From assembly GCA_030390025.1 (NCBI GenBank), contig CM059431.1, positions 129,768,001-129,832,000 of the forward strand: a stretch of DNA of 64,000 bases. The letters are read 5' to 3'. The stretch comes from Squalus acanthias (Eukaryota). The notes under the pieces were generated by a model. It was not told the origin of the DNA. It worked only from the letters and a program-made list of their open reading frames with translations, and did not search any database. Numbering within the stretch: the stretch's first letter is position 1; each line of letters begins with the position of its first letter. Position numbers and translations under genes: made by a program. This document shows, one piece after another, positions 22,528-35,670 of this stretch.

Positions 22528-25144
22528 GTGGGAGGACGAATGCTGTCATCCTGAGAGAGGACAGCAGGGTCGTCCTCCACAGATGCATTGCCAGTCCCCA
22601 GGGGCAACGCCAAAGCAATCCTAGTAATCTGCTGGCGTACAGACTGCTGGACTGCTGTGACACCCTGCAAGCCCTTTTCAACACTGGTAAACCCACCATG
22701 ATGGCAGCAACCTGTGGTTGCATGACTTCAGTCTGAGCTTCCATTGCAGCACTCAGACGTTGGGTGGCTTCTGCTTGTGTCGAAATGGAAGCTAAGACTT
22801 CAGCCATCAGACGCAGCATGATGGCTGGGTCCACACGTGCTTTAATGGATCTGCCCAGCCCTTCCACGCTGGAAAGGATGGGCTCCAAGCTCTGCACAAA
22901 GCCCTGTGCAAGGCTGGAGCTGGACTCCTCCATGCTTGACATTGAATTTAGGCTTTCTGGCAGGCCTGCCAATGCACCAAGCATTTCATTGTGCATACCC
23001 ATCAGCGTTCCTCATAGGCCACCCCATCGAGGTCTTCATCTGAGTCCTGTGCAGCAGAGCCCATGTGCGACCTCGTCCTCCAGTGAGCTGGCACCTGAGC
23101 TACCCCTGTCCCCCTGCCCTGGCTGCAGGCCACTCGTGCCTGGTGTCTCACCATGTGCAGAGCCCGCGTCTAACCTATCCTCTAAAATGCGTGTAGTGTC
23201 AGTATCTGAGCTGGTGGCTGGGAGTGTGAAATCGAGTGACGGTGTTTCTTCATCTTCTTCTTCACTCTCCTCTCCCTGTTGTTGTTCGGCCACTGGCTTC
23301 GCAGGCTGGATTTCTTGGATGTATGAAATGAGAAAGGCACAAGAGTAGGGTTGTGGTGAGGGGAGTGGGGAAATCAAGAGCTGCATGCTTACACCATGTG
23401 CAGATTGTAAATCAGAAGAGATTGTGGGATGACGGGGAAGTGGGATGTGAGAAGGAGGATAACGTATGAGGATACCGACATCTTGTTTTCCTTCAGCCCT
23501 GCCACTGGCCGCGAGCTCAGCATGCCCCTGCCAAGAATGGCCAGCACCGTCTCCTGCAACGGGGTGAGGTGATGCAAGCGAGCCTGTCCCCCATCGGTTA
23601 AGGTCTGCTGACATCTGTTATGCGCCACCTTTTCCTGCAAGAGAAAGGGAAGTGTGTCAGTGAGTGTGGTGCAATTTGTTTGGGTGATGTGCCTGTCATG
23701 GTTGAATAGCTGACAGTGTGTTCAAGCTGTGAGATGTGGGTGTGAGCTTTGCAGCAGTGGTAAATGTATGCTGGTGAGGTGCAGCTATGAATGTGAGGTC
23801 TGAATCGTATTTGGTAGCGATTGTTGGTCGGTGAATAATGTCGGTGTAGTGCAGTGTGTGAGGCTAGTTGTGCAGATGGTGGGATATGGCATTTGAAGAT
23901 GAATTCCTTGACATTGACCATGCATGTGAGGTCATTAAATCTCTTCCTGCACTGAGTCCAGGTCCTCCCGGCTGTACTGCTGGCATTGGCCACATTGGCT
24001 ATCTGCTCCCACTGCAGTCTTGTCCGTTGCCTTGAGGGCCTCCCGGTCCCCTGTGAGAACAGGACCTCTCTGCTGGAGTTGACCTCCTGGACTAATGCCT
24101 CCAGTGCTGCATCGGAGAACCTTGGAGCCCTTTCTCTTGCCTGTTGCGCCATTACTCAGTCGTCTTTTTATGACAGTAGCCTCCACAAGCACTTCCAGCA
24201 CCTGTTGCAGGTAGAATGCACCTCCCCTTTAAGAGGTGCAGACTGCCTTTACATTGTGTACACTAGCTTTAATTGGAGCTAGCCTCACACAAACTTGGGC
24301 CCCCCTGCTGAGTGTTCAGCCACTCAGCAGCGCGTTCAGCGCTCGGCTGAACACTACAATCATGCAAAGATGCAAGCAGCATGAATTTTACATGCTGCCT
24401 GCAGTCCTCCAAACGGGCGGGGGTTGCTATCGCATCTCTGCGCCTGTTTTCAGGGGCTACCGAATTTCTAGGCCATATGTGAGGAGACAAACAGACAGAC
24501 AGAGAGAGACAAGCAATGAGTCAGACATAAAAAGTCAGATAGTGTGAAGATGAATGAGCGTGAGAGATACATGCAGTGTCTGAGATAGTACATGAGAAAC
24601 ACGTCCTGTGTCACACCTCAGGCATGACATCTTAAGCATTACAATTGATATGCAAATTTTATATGACGCACCCAATGTAAGTCTGGGGATGAGGGAGAGA
24701 AGAGCAAAATAGGGGTTCGGGGTGATCAGCAGTTTGGGAAGGAAAGAAGTCCGGGACAGAAGATGCCTACCCTTTCCTTTTGGGGCCCGAAGGAGCACTC
24801 CTGCTCCTCCGTGCCCCAGAAAAGAAAGAAATGCGCTTACCTCGAGGGGCCTCTTCTCCCGATGATCATCCTTTGGCCTGCTTTAGCCTGACGGGAAAGC
24901 AATTTGGTCCCAATGATGTCATCAGGACCTGATCTGCAGATTTAAAGAAGGATCCCCCAGCTTCCACCAGATGTCCTTGGTGCCTGAAATTTAAAACTGC
25001 ATTCAGCGAGATTGGGGTGAGATGCCAAGCAGGTAAGTCTCTCACTCCATTTTAACTGCCTCTGGCCAGAAGGAATTAAAATTCCCCTCAATTAATCAAA
25101 AAAGCTGAACCAATCAGGTCGCTCATATTTTTAGAAAATCCTTT

Positions 25145-25386
25145 CAACAACAACAACTTGTATTGATATAGCGCTTTTAACATAGTAAAACGTCCCAAGA
25201 CGCTTCACAGGAATAATTGACAAAACAAGTTATAAAACAAAAATTGACTCCGAGCCACATAAGGAGATATTAGGGCAGGTGACCAAAAGCTTGGTCAAAG
25301 AGGTAGGTTTTAAGGAGCGTCTTAAAGGAAGAAAGAGAGGTAAAGAGGCGGAGAGTTTTAGGGAGGGAATTCCAGAGCTTAGGGCC
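25145..25386 (-). mobile_element. L2-type 3' tail fragment
   Basis: Reverse complement of the tail at 58200-58443 with (CAA)n end. Confidence 0.75.
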
Positions 25387-26189
25387 ATCTTGTGTTCTTC
25401 ACGACGTTGAAGACTTACTAATGCAAATAAAGTTGTAATATGATAATAAAAACTATAACATTTGCAAGAAAATAATTAAACTTATCTATGCAATAGCATT
25501 TTCTGTTTCCGAAATTCCTGTAACAATGTTTTCTATCAAAGACTTTTGCCTATGTAAGAAACCTGAAGTTCGTGGGGTTTCCTTTAACCATCATTCTCAA
25601 ATGAAAAACTCACAAGGTTGCAGCCTTTAGCATGCATTTGAGCCTAGAATGTGCAGTTTTTTAATGATTCACAGCAAGACTGGCCATTTGTTGGCCCAAC
25701 CATTCCTGCACTCCTCTCTATTGATAGGAAATTATTCTAGATGAAAACCCCCAGGATAGCCACTATTTGAAGTGTTAAGTAATTTGAATATTTATTTTTA
25801 TATAAAGCATCAAAACAAGGTCAATCATGAAGGGGTAGAATTTCTGTTGGGGTTCTTCTGATATCCCGTTGTAACTTTAGCGGATGATTGACGTAAACAG
25901 TAAAGAAATGGCATAATATTCTGGGATCATGTTTGCTTGTACCTTCCAATACTGGGCCCAACAGAGTTTGCAGGATCAGTGGGAGGGTACCTCATCTGAA
26001 TGAGATTGGTGGGCGCTCACCTGCCTTCCCCATGCTGCTGGAATCTCAACTCCTGGCCTGCCAGTGGAAGATCGTATGCTGTCCTTCACCTTGGCCTCCT
26101 CTGTATGGGGACAATCCTAAAATTTTGAAATTTTCAGGAGTCCAGGCCACTTCCCTAGCCTGGACTCCCCAGTGGGTCCCACTTTGGCA

Positions 26190-26785
26190 TATAGTCATAA
26201 CGGCACAGAAGGAGGCCATTCGACCTATCTAGTCCATGCCAGCTCTCTGTCGAGTCATCCAGTCAGTCCCATTCCCCCGCTCTATCCCCGTAACCCTGCA
26301 AGTTTATTTCCCTCAAGTGCCTATTCAGTCTCCCCTTGAAAACATTGAGTGTCTCCGCTTCCACCACTTCCGTCGGCAGCGAGTTCCAGATCCTCACCAC
26401 TCGCTGCGTAAAAAAGTTTTTCCTCACATCCCCCCTGTATCTCTTGCCCAAAACCTTAAAGCTGTGTCCCCTAGTCCTTGTACCATCAACTAGTGGGAAC
26501 AGCCTTTCCCCGTCTAGCCTATCCAAACCCATCATAATCTTGTACACCTCTATCAAATCATCCCTCAACCTCCTTTGTTCTAATGAAAACAAATCCAGCT
26601 TCTCCAACCTGTCCTTGTAGTTAAGATCCCCAACCTGTCCTTGTAGTTAAGATCTCCCATCTCTGGAACCATTCTGGTAAATCTCCTCTGCACCCTCTCA
26701 AGGGCCTTCACATCCTTCCTAAAGTGTGGTGACCAGAACTGGACGCAATACTCCAGTTGTGGCCTAACCAGCACTTTATAAAGGT
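26190..26785 (-). mobile_element. CR1 3' fragment, same family as 434-1740
   Basis: Near-identical to 434-845; contains a ~26-bp tandem duplication at 26603-26653. Confidence 0.9.
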
Positions 26786-27440
26786 GTACCCTTCTGAAGG
26801 CCAGTGCGCTTCATCTCACTGGCTACAGCAATCTCTGACTTTTGCCTGGCCCCTTATGGGCCATGGATGCTGGAATTCCCAATGTAGGGAAACCCAGCCC
26901 CTCGGTCCCACCCCCTTTGCCATACCTGGCCCTGTAAAGCGTAGACAGAGGCTCCGCCCCTCACAAGGCCGACCAGAATTTACCATCTAAGGTCAGAACT
27001 TGACATAGTTACGTAGTTACAGCGAGAGTCTGGCAGATTGGCCAAGGAAATTCAGCCCTAAGCTCTTCAATTTTTTCTGAGGTATTGGTATTTCGTGAGG
27101 TAATTGTCTGTTATATACTCTTTCAGATGCAGTCTGCAAGTATGATAAGAAACCTGAACACAGACACAGATACTTTACATTTTATAATGTATTCTGAACA
27201 ATTATAGTAGCTGCCTTTCATTTATTTGAGAACCTCTAGCAGGTCCCCATTTAAACTCCTGTGTTCCTGTGAAAGTGTTCCAATTTTTCAAGTCTTTTTT
27301 TATAATTCTAACTTTTCATTCTTGGTATCATTCTAGTGAATCTTTGCTTTTTTTGACTCTAATATATTTCTTATAATGGGGTGTGAGAACTTCAAGCTAT
27401 ACTCCAATTATGACCAAACCAATGTCTTGTACAAGATACT

Positions 27441-28145
27441 GGCCTGGAAATTGCAGTCGGAGGCTTGTCGCCCGCGTACGCCTCCGAACCACAAGAAATG
27501 TATGCACTTACCTGCTGCCTCCGGAGCTTCGGACTCTTGCGGTCCTGGGCCTGCAGGCGTACGCCCGTGTAAAGGCCCACGCATCCCAGGGGCGCATGCA
27601 GTTCGCAAGTGTCCCTGGGATCACGTGGGCCAGGCCAACCAATGACAAAGGGAGATTCCTATTATGCTTATGGGGATTCCGTTTACGTACAGAATCCCCA
27701 TAAGCATAATAGAAATCACCTAAAAAAGACAATTTCACAACATTGAAATAAAAATAAATAATCAGGTAAAAAATTAATTAAAATACCATTTAATTAACAT
27801 TAAAAAAAAAGTTGGGGGAAAAATAAATGTAAACATTTTTAACTGGGACAAAATTGACCTAAACTAATTTTAAATGTTAGTGAATGTTTAAAACATTTTA
27901 AAAATGTTATTTTAACATTTATTTCAACCCTTACACTGGTTAAAGAAGGCCTTACACCTGCTTTTCCCAGGCATAAGGGTTTGGTGGGTATTCGCTGGGC
28001 AGTAGTGGGCAAATAACCCAAACCTGCGCCAGCGAAAGTCAATTTCCAGTGGATGCATACAATCTGTCAAGGAGAAACTTGATAAATCGCAAGTTCCGGG
28101 TTTTTGAGCGTGTGTACGCTGTCACAGGCCCCGTAAAATCCGGGT
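27441..28145. mobile_element. Harbinger-type MITE related to the AT-rich-core family, right end lost
   Basis: Starts ggcctggaaattgc; similar gatcacgtg..ccaat motif and AT-rich core; sits inside an old CR1. Confidence 0.55.
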
Positions 28146-29372
28146 AACTATAATTTTCTTGCTTTCATATTCAATGCACATAATATAATTTTAGGGCTTT
28201 ACCCAATATTTCTTGCCTACTGAGCATCAAGGGCCACTCCCATAAGTGAGCCCTCACTTTCTATGAACTAAAGTGTGAGCTTACTCACACAAAGTTGGTA
28301 TTGTAGCATTGCCCAGGGATCAAACAGAAAACCTTATCACCGTATTTAGCTTTACTGATATGACGCAAGCTCTCTTGTGACCTAGGGCTGGGTTTTCCTT
28401 CATGATTCTGGCAATATTTCCCTCCTGTCCATCTATGTTACTGCAATTTCCCAGGAAAACATGTGGAAGTAGTCCCCTGGAAGCAATAGTAACAACCCTG
28501 AGGTACCGCCATGCAGGGAGAGGGCCTTACAGCATTCTCATCTCCCTCCATTCCACACTCCAACATTTACCTGCTGAAGGCCTTTGGTGAGACATTGCTT
28601 CTAATCTTCAGTGCACTTCTTCCCCCATATCACCACTCCCATCTCTCTGGTACTTCAATGGTGGTCCCACTCTAGCACTGTTGTACTTTTACAGCAGCCG
28701 AATGGTAGGCTCACTCTTGGCAGCAGGAATCCTGCCGGGAGCCCACCATGCATATTTGGTGAACCCCGATCCAGTTTCCTGGGTCAGGGTTCCAGTGGTG
28801 TTGGAGGGGATGGTGGGAGTTTCACCTCACCAGAACACCACCAGTGGGGGGAGAATCTTGTCCTTAAACCTTGTATAGCAGAAGAATAAACATTCTAGTA
28901 GACCGTGGTTTATTCTATACACTGTGGAACAAATTATTAAAAATAACACAAACAGTAACAACAGATACACTTTGCCAATACTAAATCTGGACTAGTGCCT
29001 GAACTGTAACTCATATACATAAGGATCCATAATGACCGTGGAGCTCCACGAGAATATAGCCACATGAACTGATGTAGAGTGATACAGAACAAACACACAA
29101 GCTGGGAGAGTGCTGTCTGGGATATATTTTTCATTACCCTTTAAGTTGAAAACTCAGATATTGCAAAGCAAAATATGTCTTCCATAGTTGAACTAAATTT
29201 ATCAAAATGACACGTTTTCCTGAGAACTCCACCCAGAAGCGAGACGCCAGCCTATTTGATCATGACACTCAACATTTGATCATGATTTGATTAATTTCAG
29301 AATTAGGCAAGTAGTCTGTGTTAAGTGATTTCCATTTGCTTTGCAATCAAAGTGTAGTTCCTTAAGAATAAT

Positions 29373-30237
29373 CGGGGAAAAATTCAGTTGGTTGCACCTC
29401 CCGTTAGCGCCTTAAGAGGGCGCTAATGGGGCGCAAAGCAACTAGCACCCAGGCGCGGCGATGTTTGCGCCGCTCGAGAAATTAACTAGACATTTTGCGG
29501 CGGCGCTAAACACGACCGCCACGATCTCCTGCGCCGGCAGATCATGACGTCAGTCGAGTGCGCAACGCCCTGGTAGCGCCCCCTGCCTTACCGCCTGCCG
29601 CTAGCAACGACAGGTTGAGGGGAGCGTTTTGCAGTCAGGAAGGGACTGGGGGAGCACTTTTTAAAGGTGACCGCTTCCTGCCTTTTATTGTTGGTGACAT
29701 TTTTGAACCACGGATTCTGAGAGAGAGAGAGACTTCTGAAGAGATTCAACGCTGTGTGAAGGAGTTTTGGGTACTGAGCAGCACTTTGCAGGTTCATTTT
29801 GATTTGCCCTTCCTTGTATCGATTTAGAAGAGAGTGTGGGGGCTGCACTCTGAGCTCTTTCCCTGGTCCTCTCCATTGTTCTTTCCAGCAGATTTGATGT
29901 ACAGGTCTCTCCACGCCACAATTCAAGGCTGCAATGAGCAGGATGTGGATGGAAAGCAAGATCAACCCTCCCCTTTAAGAATTGGCTGGCACCATTGTGT
30001 GTGTGTTTCATTGCTGACTGACATCACATGAGCTTCACCAGCGCTCTGAGATAGCGCCTCGCTCCTCAGCCTTTGCGCCTTAAGACAGGTGTGAAGCACC
30101 TGATTTAGCGCTCCAATCACCTCCAGGGATGATAAAAGTCAAGTTTGCAGTTGGAGGCGATAATTAGCGCCAGGCGCTCATCTTTGCGCCCGGCCGATAA
30201 TTGCGCCCCAAATGGGGCGATACTGAATTTCTCCCCC
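29373..30237. mobile_element. Non-autonomous Harbinger-type MITE, 865 bp
   Basis: TIRs cggggaaaaattcag / ctgaatttctccccc; TSD AAT; homologous to 1-433. Confidence 0.88.
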
Positions 30238-31124
30238 AATATCTTTGAAATTACATTTTGCATAGAAGACAGTGATGTATTCTCTCCATCATGTGAAAAA
30301 CAAATTAGGTGTAACCAGATTTTAAAGTGATCAAGCACATTTTTCAAATTTATTATATAGTAAAAATGCTGAGTGTCTATTGTCAGGCTCTGTCTATGGT
30401 AAAATGCATTTTAAAAGTGTAAACATTTACCTGCAGTACCAGTTACGCATGTAGGTAGCACTCAGATAGCCATTTACAATGATAAAAGTCCTGTCGTGTA
30501 ATATTAGTTCCAACCCGATACTGGTTCAGCATTTTTTTCACTGTGAGTCAGCCTGTAGTTCCTATATGAAGCCACTGGGTGACAGTAAAGAAATGTAGTA
30601 TAGTTTCACTGTGACGAACCCCTGGTTTTAGCGATCCCACTGACAAGACCCAATTTTTTCAATGAAAATGATCCCTACTGCAACAAACACTTAAGTAGGA
30701 TGTACCTGGACCGATGGAATTCAAACTTAGGCTAATTGTAAGATAACCGTGTGAATCCCGCATGACACATGCATTTACTTTGTCAAATAAGACGACCTGC
30801 CATGTGCACACAAACAAATCAATGATATTGAGTTGGGGAAAGAATGAGGAAACTTGTGGTGACGAGGACGTGGAAGGCACAGAACCAGTTATCTCTTCAC
30901 TGGATGAGTTCAGAAAGGCAAAAGCAAAGTGCAAAACTTCACACAGTCTTTGCCTGGAACTGAGCATCTTTTTGGACTGGCTAACAAGATAGAAACAGCA
31001 TACATTGAGAAAAGCATCAATATATGAAGCAATCTTCGCTGTATAGTTTTTCTTAACAGAATAAAATGATGTTCAATTCAATTGGTTGTTCTTAATTTTT
31101 CTGATGCAGCAAATCGACAAACCC

Positions 31125-31327
31125 TACTCTCCCCATCCCTTCCCCTTCTCCCTCCTACCCTCACCCCTACTCTTTCCCTTCCTCCCTCTTTCCCTGCTTC
31201 CCCTCCTCTTCCTCATCCTCCCCATCTCCTCCCATCTCCTCCCATCTTCTCCTCCTCCCATGATTTGCTCCCATTTCATTCTCCCTCTACTTCTCCCCCT
31301 CCCCTTCCTCTCCCCTCCCTCTCCTCA
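31125..31327. repeat. Polypyrimidine (C/T) low-complexity tract
   Basis: About 200 nt almost purely C/T. Confidence 0.85.
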
Positions 31328-32261
31328 GAGAGACAGAAGCAGAAGAGGAGAGGTAGAGAGAAACAGCAACACGAAAGCAGCAGAGATAGATAAGTGATCA
31401 TATTCTATGATTTACTGTTTGCAACACCATGGGAGATCGACTAGTTGATACAAAAATATGTAGATTTTCCTATGATTTGAATTATGACACAACTTTTATT
31501 CGTCACAGCAATAAAATGCAGAATCCCATTTGACTTTTAATAGTCTTTCCCACCTGCACTCCCTCTTTTAAAGATCTAGAGGGGCAATTTTTGCTGAATA
31601 CTTTAGGCGCTAAAGAGGTAAAGAGGTGGCCAAGATCGGGTCTTAAGCTAAAACGCTGATTTAGTCCACGTTTATCACAAGATGCCATCTTGGTAAAGGA
31701 GTTGAATCCTGTGCAAGGAACAGCTGGCCGGCGGCTTGTTAAACAGCTGATTGCCACTTAAAACAACTGCTAGCACTCATTAAAGAGGCTGCCGAGCCTT
31801 TTGGTGGCTAGCGCTTGTTCTAACACCCCATCTTAACAGCGACCAGCTGTTTGGGAGTAAACACGGCATTGATGCCGATTTCAAGCACTGCTTAAAGGAC
31901 TACTCACCACTTAAAGGGATACTCACCATTTCATGGTCATTGCTGCTGGAGCTGTGAAGAGGACCTCTGAAACACATCGGGAGACTTTCTGGGACACTGT
32001 GTCAAGACTTCACCAACACTCGAGCAACATTTATTCTGGAAATTCTCTGAGGACTTCGCCTAAAAAGAGTGAGTGCTGTGCTACTCCACCTTATAGGAGT
32101 CACCAGGAGAAAGGGAGTGCTTGGTCATGGGCATCTTGCTAGGGGTCCTCCTTGGTCTGGACGAAGAATGGGAGGAGGGCATGAGGCCAGGCAGGGCAGC
32201 ACCAGCTGCTGCAGGAGAGAGGGACAGGAGGGTGATGTGCAATGTGGGAGTGCGACAGGAC

Positions 32262-32700
32262 TGATTGGGCTTATACTCACTGGAGTTTAGAAGAATGAGA
32301 GGGGATCTCATTGAAACTTATAAAATTCTAACAGGACTAGACAGACTAGATGCAAGAAGGATGTTCCCGATGGCGGGGGAGTCCAGAACCAGGGGTCACA
32401 GTCTAAGGATAAGGGGTAAGCCATTTAGGACTGAGATGAGGAGGAATTTCTTCACCCAGAGAGTGGTGAACCTGTGGAATTCTCTACCACAGAAGGCAGT
32501 AGAGGCCAATTCATTAAATATATTCAAGAAGGAGTAAGATATATTTCTTAAAACTAAAGGTATCAAGGGATATGGAGAGAAGGCAGGGACAGGGTACTGA
32601 ATTTGGATGATCAGCCATGATCTCATTGAACGGCGGAGCAGGCTCGAGGGGCTGAATGGCCTGCTCCTGCTCCTATCTTCTGTGTTTCTATGTTTCTATG
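32262..32700 (+). mobile_element. CR1 3' fragment
   Basis: GLYSLEFRRMRGDLIETYKI..RRNFFTQRVVNLWNSLP; TTTCTATG tail. Confidence 0.92.
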
Positions 32701-32930
32701 ACATCCCTCCTCCTCTGGACCTCCTCCACCAGGACCTCCAGTGCCGCATCCGAGAACCTGTGCGCCCTCTCCCTCGGTCCCAGAGCCATCCTGAAATGTG
32801 CTGCGGTGCGGCAGCCAGAGCACTCCTCACCTTCAGTGGAAGTGGGTGTGAGGAGCTCACATATACTGCTCCACGAAAATTGTGTCTAATCAGCACTTGA
32901 GTGCTAAACCTGCAAGTTTCTGCTTAGCAC

Positions 32931-33092
32931 CAACGCTCCCTCTAAGCTGTGCGGCCGCATCGCTGTTTGCCAGTCCCACGCAGCCCGGAACCGGCTTTTC
33001 CAATATTAAGATTCGCCCATGCGCGAAACTGAATGGGCCGCACAGCCCCTTATAGGGGCCGCGCACCCCAAAATAAATTAGGGGGAACATTG
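32931..33092. mobile_element. ~160-bp hAT-type MITE (copy 1)
   Basis: TIRs caacgctccc / gggaacattg; 8-bp flanks cttagcac / gttagcaa; homologous to 52455-52620. Confidence 0.7.
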
Positions 33093-33596
33093 GTTAGCAA
33101 CTCCAGGCAAGTTCAAATTCTGGTAATCAGCAATTAGGACCAAAATTGTGTGCTAAATCCGGACTTTCAAACAGGTTACTCTTATTAGCACTGCACCCAT
33201 TTAGCGCCTGTTTTCACCCTTTGGCCAAGATGACCCCTATTTATTTACACCCCGAGATCTCTCTGTTCCTTGACTTGTTAAAAATCTTACCATTTAGGGT
33301 ATAACTTCTTTCACCTTTCTTTTACCCTAAATGTATTAGTTCACATTGCTCTGCATTTGCCACCTATCAGCCAACTCCACCAGTCTGTCTGTGCCCTCCC
33401 ACAATTTTTCTCACAGTTTGCCATGCCCCCAATTTAGTATCAGCAAACTTTGATATCATTACTCTTGTGCCTATGTCTAAATTATTTATATAAATGGAAA
33501 ATAAAAGGGATCCAGCAGAAATCCCTAAGACACACCACTACCCACATCCTTTCAAGTCCAAAAAAATCCACTTTCCCCTACTCTTTGTTTACTGTA

Positions 33597-34067
33597 ATGA
33601 GAAGTCGCACAACACCAGGTTATAGTCCAACAGATTTATTTAATTTTACAAGCTTTCGGAGCAGTTCGCTCCTTCGTCAGGTAAGTTTAGCAGTGAGAGA
33701 ATCTCCCAGAATTCACAATTTAAACACAGACAAAATATATTCAAATCTTTCCCACATCAAAGAGCATAGCCAAGACAATGAGATGTGTCCCAGGGGGTCC
33801 AACGTGTCAAACCACCTGCTGGCTGCATATCCTGTCAATCTGTGTAGGTTCTTGTGTTAGCCTTTTTTAAAAAAAAAACACCTGGGAAGACCGGCCATGA
33901 TGTCAAGTCACGTTCTGTATCGTGACATGAACCCGATATCGCGATTGAGGCCCTCCTCATGAGTGCGGAACTTGGCTATCAGTTTCTGCTCTATGATTTT
34001 GCGCTGTCGTGTATTTCGAAGGCCGCCTTGGAGAACGCTTACCCGCATATCCGAGGCTGAATGCCCC
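33597..34067 (-). mobile_element. 5'-truncated Penelope-like element (GIY-YIG C-terminus and terminal repeat with hammerhead)
   Basis: RKIIEQKLIAKFRTHEEGLNRD; duplicated ttactgta at both ends; minus strand CTGACGA-A-GGAGC..GCTCC-GAAAGCTT. Confidence 0.75.
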
Positions 34068-34439
34068 TTACTGTACCTAGCCATCTCTTTATCCATGTGG
34101 TTACTATCCTTTTTATATCATGTGCCTTAATTTACATAACAAGTCTTTTATGTGGTAAATTATCAAGCACCTTCTGAAAAATCTATATATACATCCACTT
34201 CCTTTGTGATCTCCTCTATAAATTAAATTAGTCAGGAATGGCCTCCCTTTAGAAATGAATGGTGACTGCCCTTAAACCATATTTTTCTAACTGTTCACTA
34301 ACATGATGCACTCTCCAGGCTAGATTTTCATCTTCAGAGCCTGACACAGGGCTTCTATTCCCAGGAGCACCTGTCGGATATGATATATATGGTACTTGCA
34401 TTTTGTTAACTGAACATTAGATGGCCCTCTGATTTAAAA

Positions 34440-35230
34440 AAAAAATTCTCTGGATCTGGGTGTCACTGCCAAGGCTGGCATTTATTGCGCATCCCTAGTT
34501 GCCTTGAGAAGGTGGTGTTGAGCCTTCATCTTAAACCGCTGTAGTCTGCATAGTGTAGGTGCTCCCAAAATACTTAGAGGTAAGGAGGGCCAAGACTTTG
34601 ACTCAGCGACAATGAAGGAACAGCCACACATGTCCATGTCAGGATGGTGTATGACTTGGAGGGGAACTTGGAGGTGATAGTGCTCCCATGCATCTACTGC
34701 CCTTGTCCTTCTAGGTGGTGGAGGGTTAGGAGGTGCTACTGAAGAAGCTTTGGCGAGTTGCTGCAGTGCACCCTGTAGATAGTACATACCGTCGCCACGG
34801 TATGCTGATGGTGGAGGGATGGATGTTTAAGCCAGTGGATGGTGTGCAATCAAGCAAACTATTTTGTCCTGGGTAGTGTCGAACTACTTGAGGGTTGTTG
34901 GAGCTGAACAATTCCAGGCAAGTGGAGAGTATTCTATCACACTCCTGACATGCCTTGTAGGCGATAGAGAAACTTTGGAGTAAGTGCTGCTTGATAGCAC
35001 TGTTTACAAATCCTTCCATCACTTTGCTGATGATTGAGAATGGGCTGATGGGGCAGTAATTGGCTGGTTTGAAGTTGTCCTGCATTTTGTGGACAGGACA
35101 TGCCTGAGCAATATTCCGCATTGTCAATGTTGTAGCTCTACTGGAACAGTTCAGCTAAGGATGCAATTAGTTCTGGAGCACAGGTTCTCAGTACTGCAGT
35201 CAAGATATTGTTGGGGCGCGTAGCCTTTGC
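34440..35230 (-). mobile_element. Old deleted copy of the 12060-20917 LINE family
   Basis: ANYCPIS..IISKVMEG peptide and the same 3' tail. Confidence 0.8.
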
Positions 35231-35469
35231 TGTGTCCAGTGTACTCAGATGGGAGGAAGCACATTGTAGCAATTATATTCCAATGTTTTCTCTTGTATTG
35301 CTTTAGTTATTCTTTGATGGAATATTCTAGAGTGTCTGGAAATAAAAGCAGCTAGCTATTAGCAGACCAATTTGAGCACTTATTTGGACGAAACAGGATA
35401 ATCAGGTACTGGCTGTCATGCATTTCCATCTATTAAAGTACTTCCAACACCAGTAGAAAATTTGGTGGG

Positions 35470-35670
35470 TGGGACACCAAGAGAACTCCCTGATCTTCCT
35501 TCTAAAAGTGCCATGGGACTTTTTATATCCACCTGAACAATCAAACAAGGCCTCAGTTTATTATCTTATCTAAAATATAGCACCTCTGGCAATGCAGTGC
35601 TCCCTTAGTGTAGCACCGAAGTGTCAGCCTAGGTTATGTACTGATTTCCATAGTGGGACTTAAATCTACA
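35470..35670 (-). mobile_element. Degenerate Deu-type SINE fragment
   Basis: Similar to 63740-63940. Confidence 0.6.

Larger units (their letters stand above)
11926..24152 (-). pseudogene. Three-exon Myb/SANT gene of H2 (exon 1 ~24152-23916, exon 2 ~23634-23478, exon 3 split by LTR, Penelope fragment and LINE)
   Basis: RERAPRFSDAALEAL..WEQIA..RTWTQCRKRFNDL; EKVAHNR; C-terminus ..KGMHKGD; homologous to 35960-37855. Confidence 0.85.
9659..24474. mobile_element. PIF/Harbinger transposon H2, expanded by nested insertions
   Basis: Perfect 13-bp TIRs ggcctagaaattc / gaatttctaggcc; transposase on + and Myb gene on - are colinear once inserts are removed; 3-bp flanks (TCT/ATA) do not match. Confidence 0.75.
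31581..33237. mobile_element. Deleted Harbinger-type element hosting a CR1 tail and a hAT MITE
   Basis: Degenerate termini ggggcaatttttg / caagatgacccc; promoter-like region similar to other Harbingers. Confidence 0.45.
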
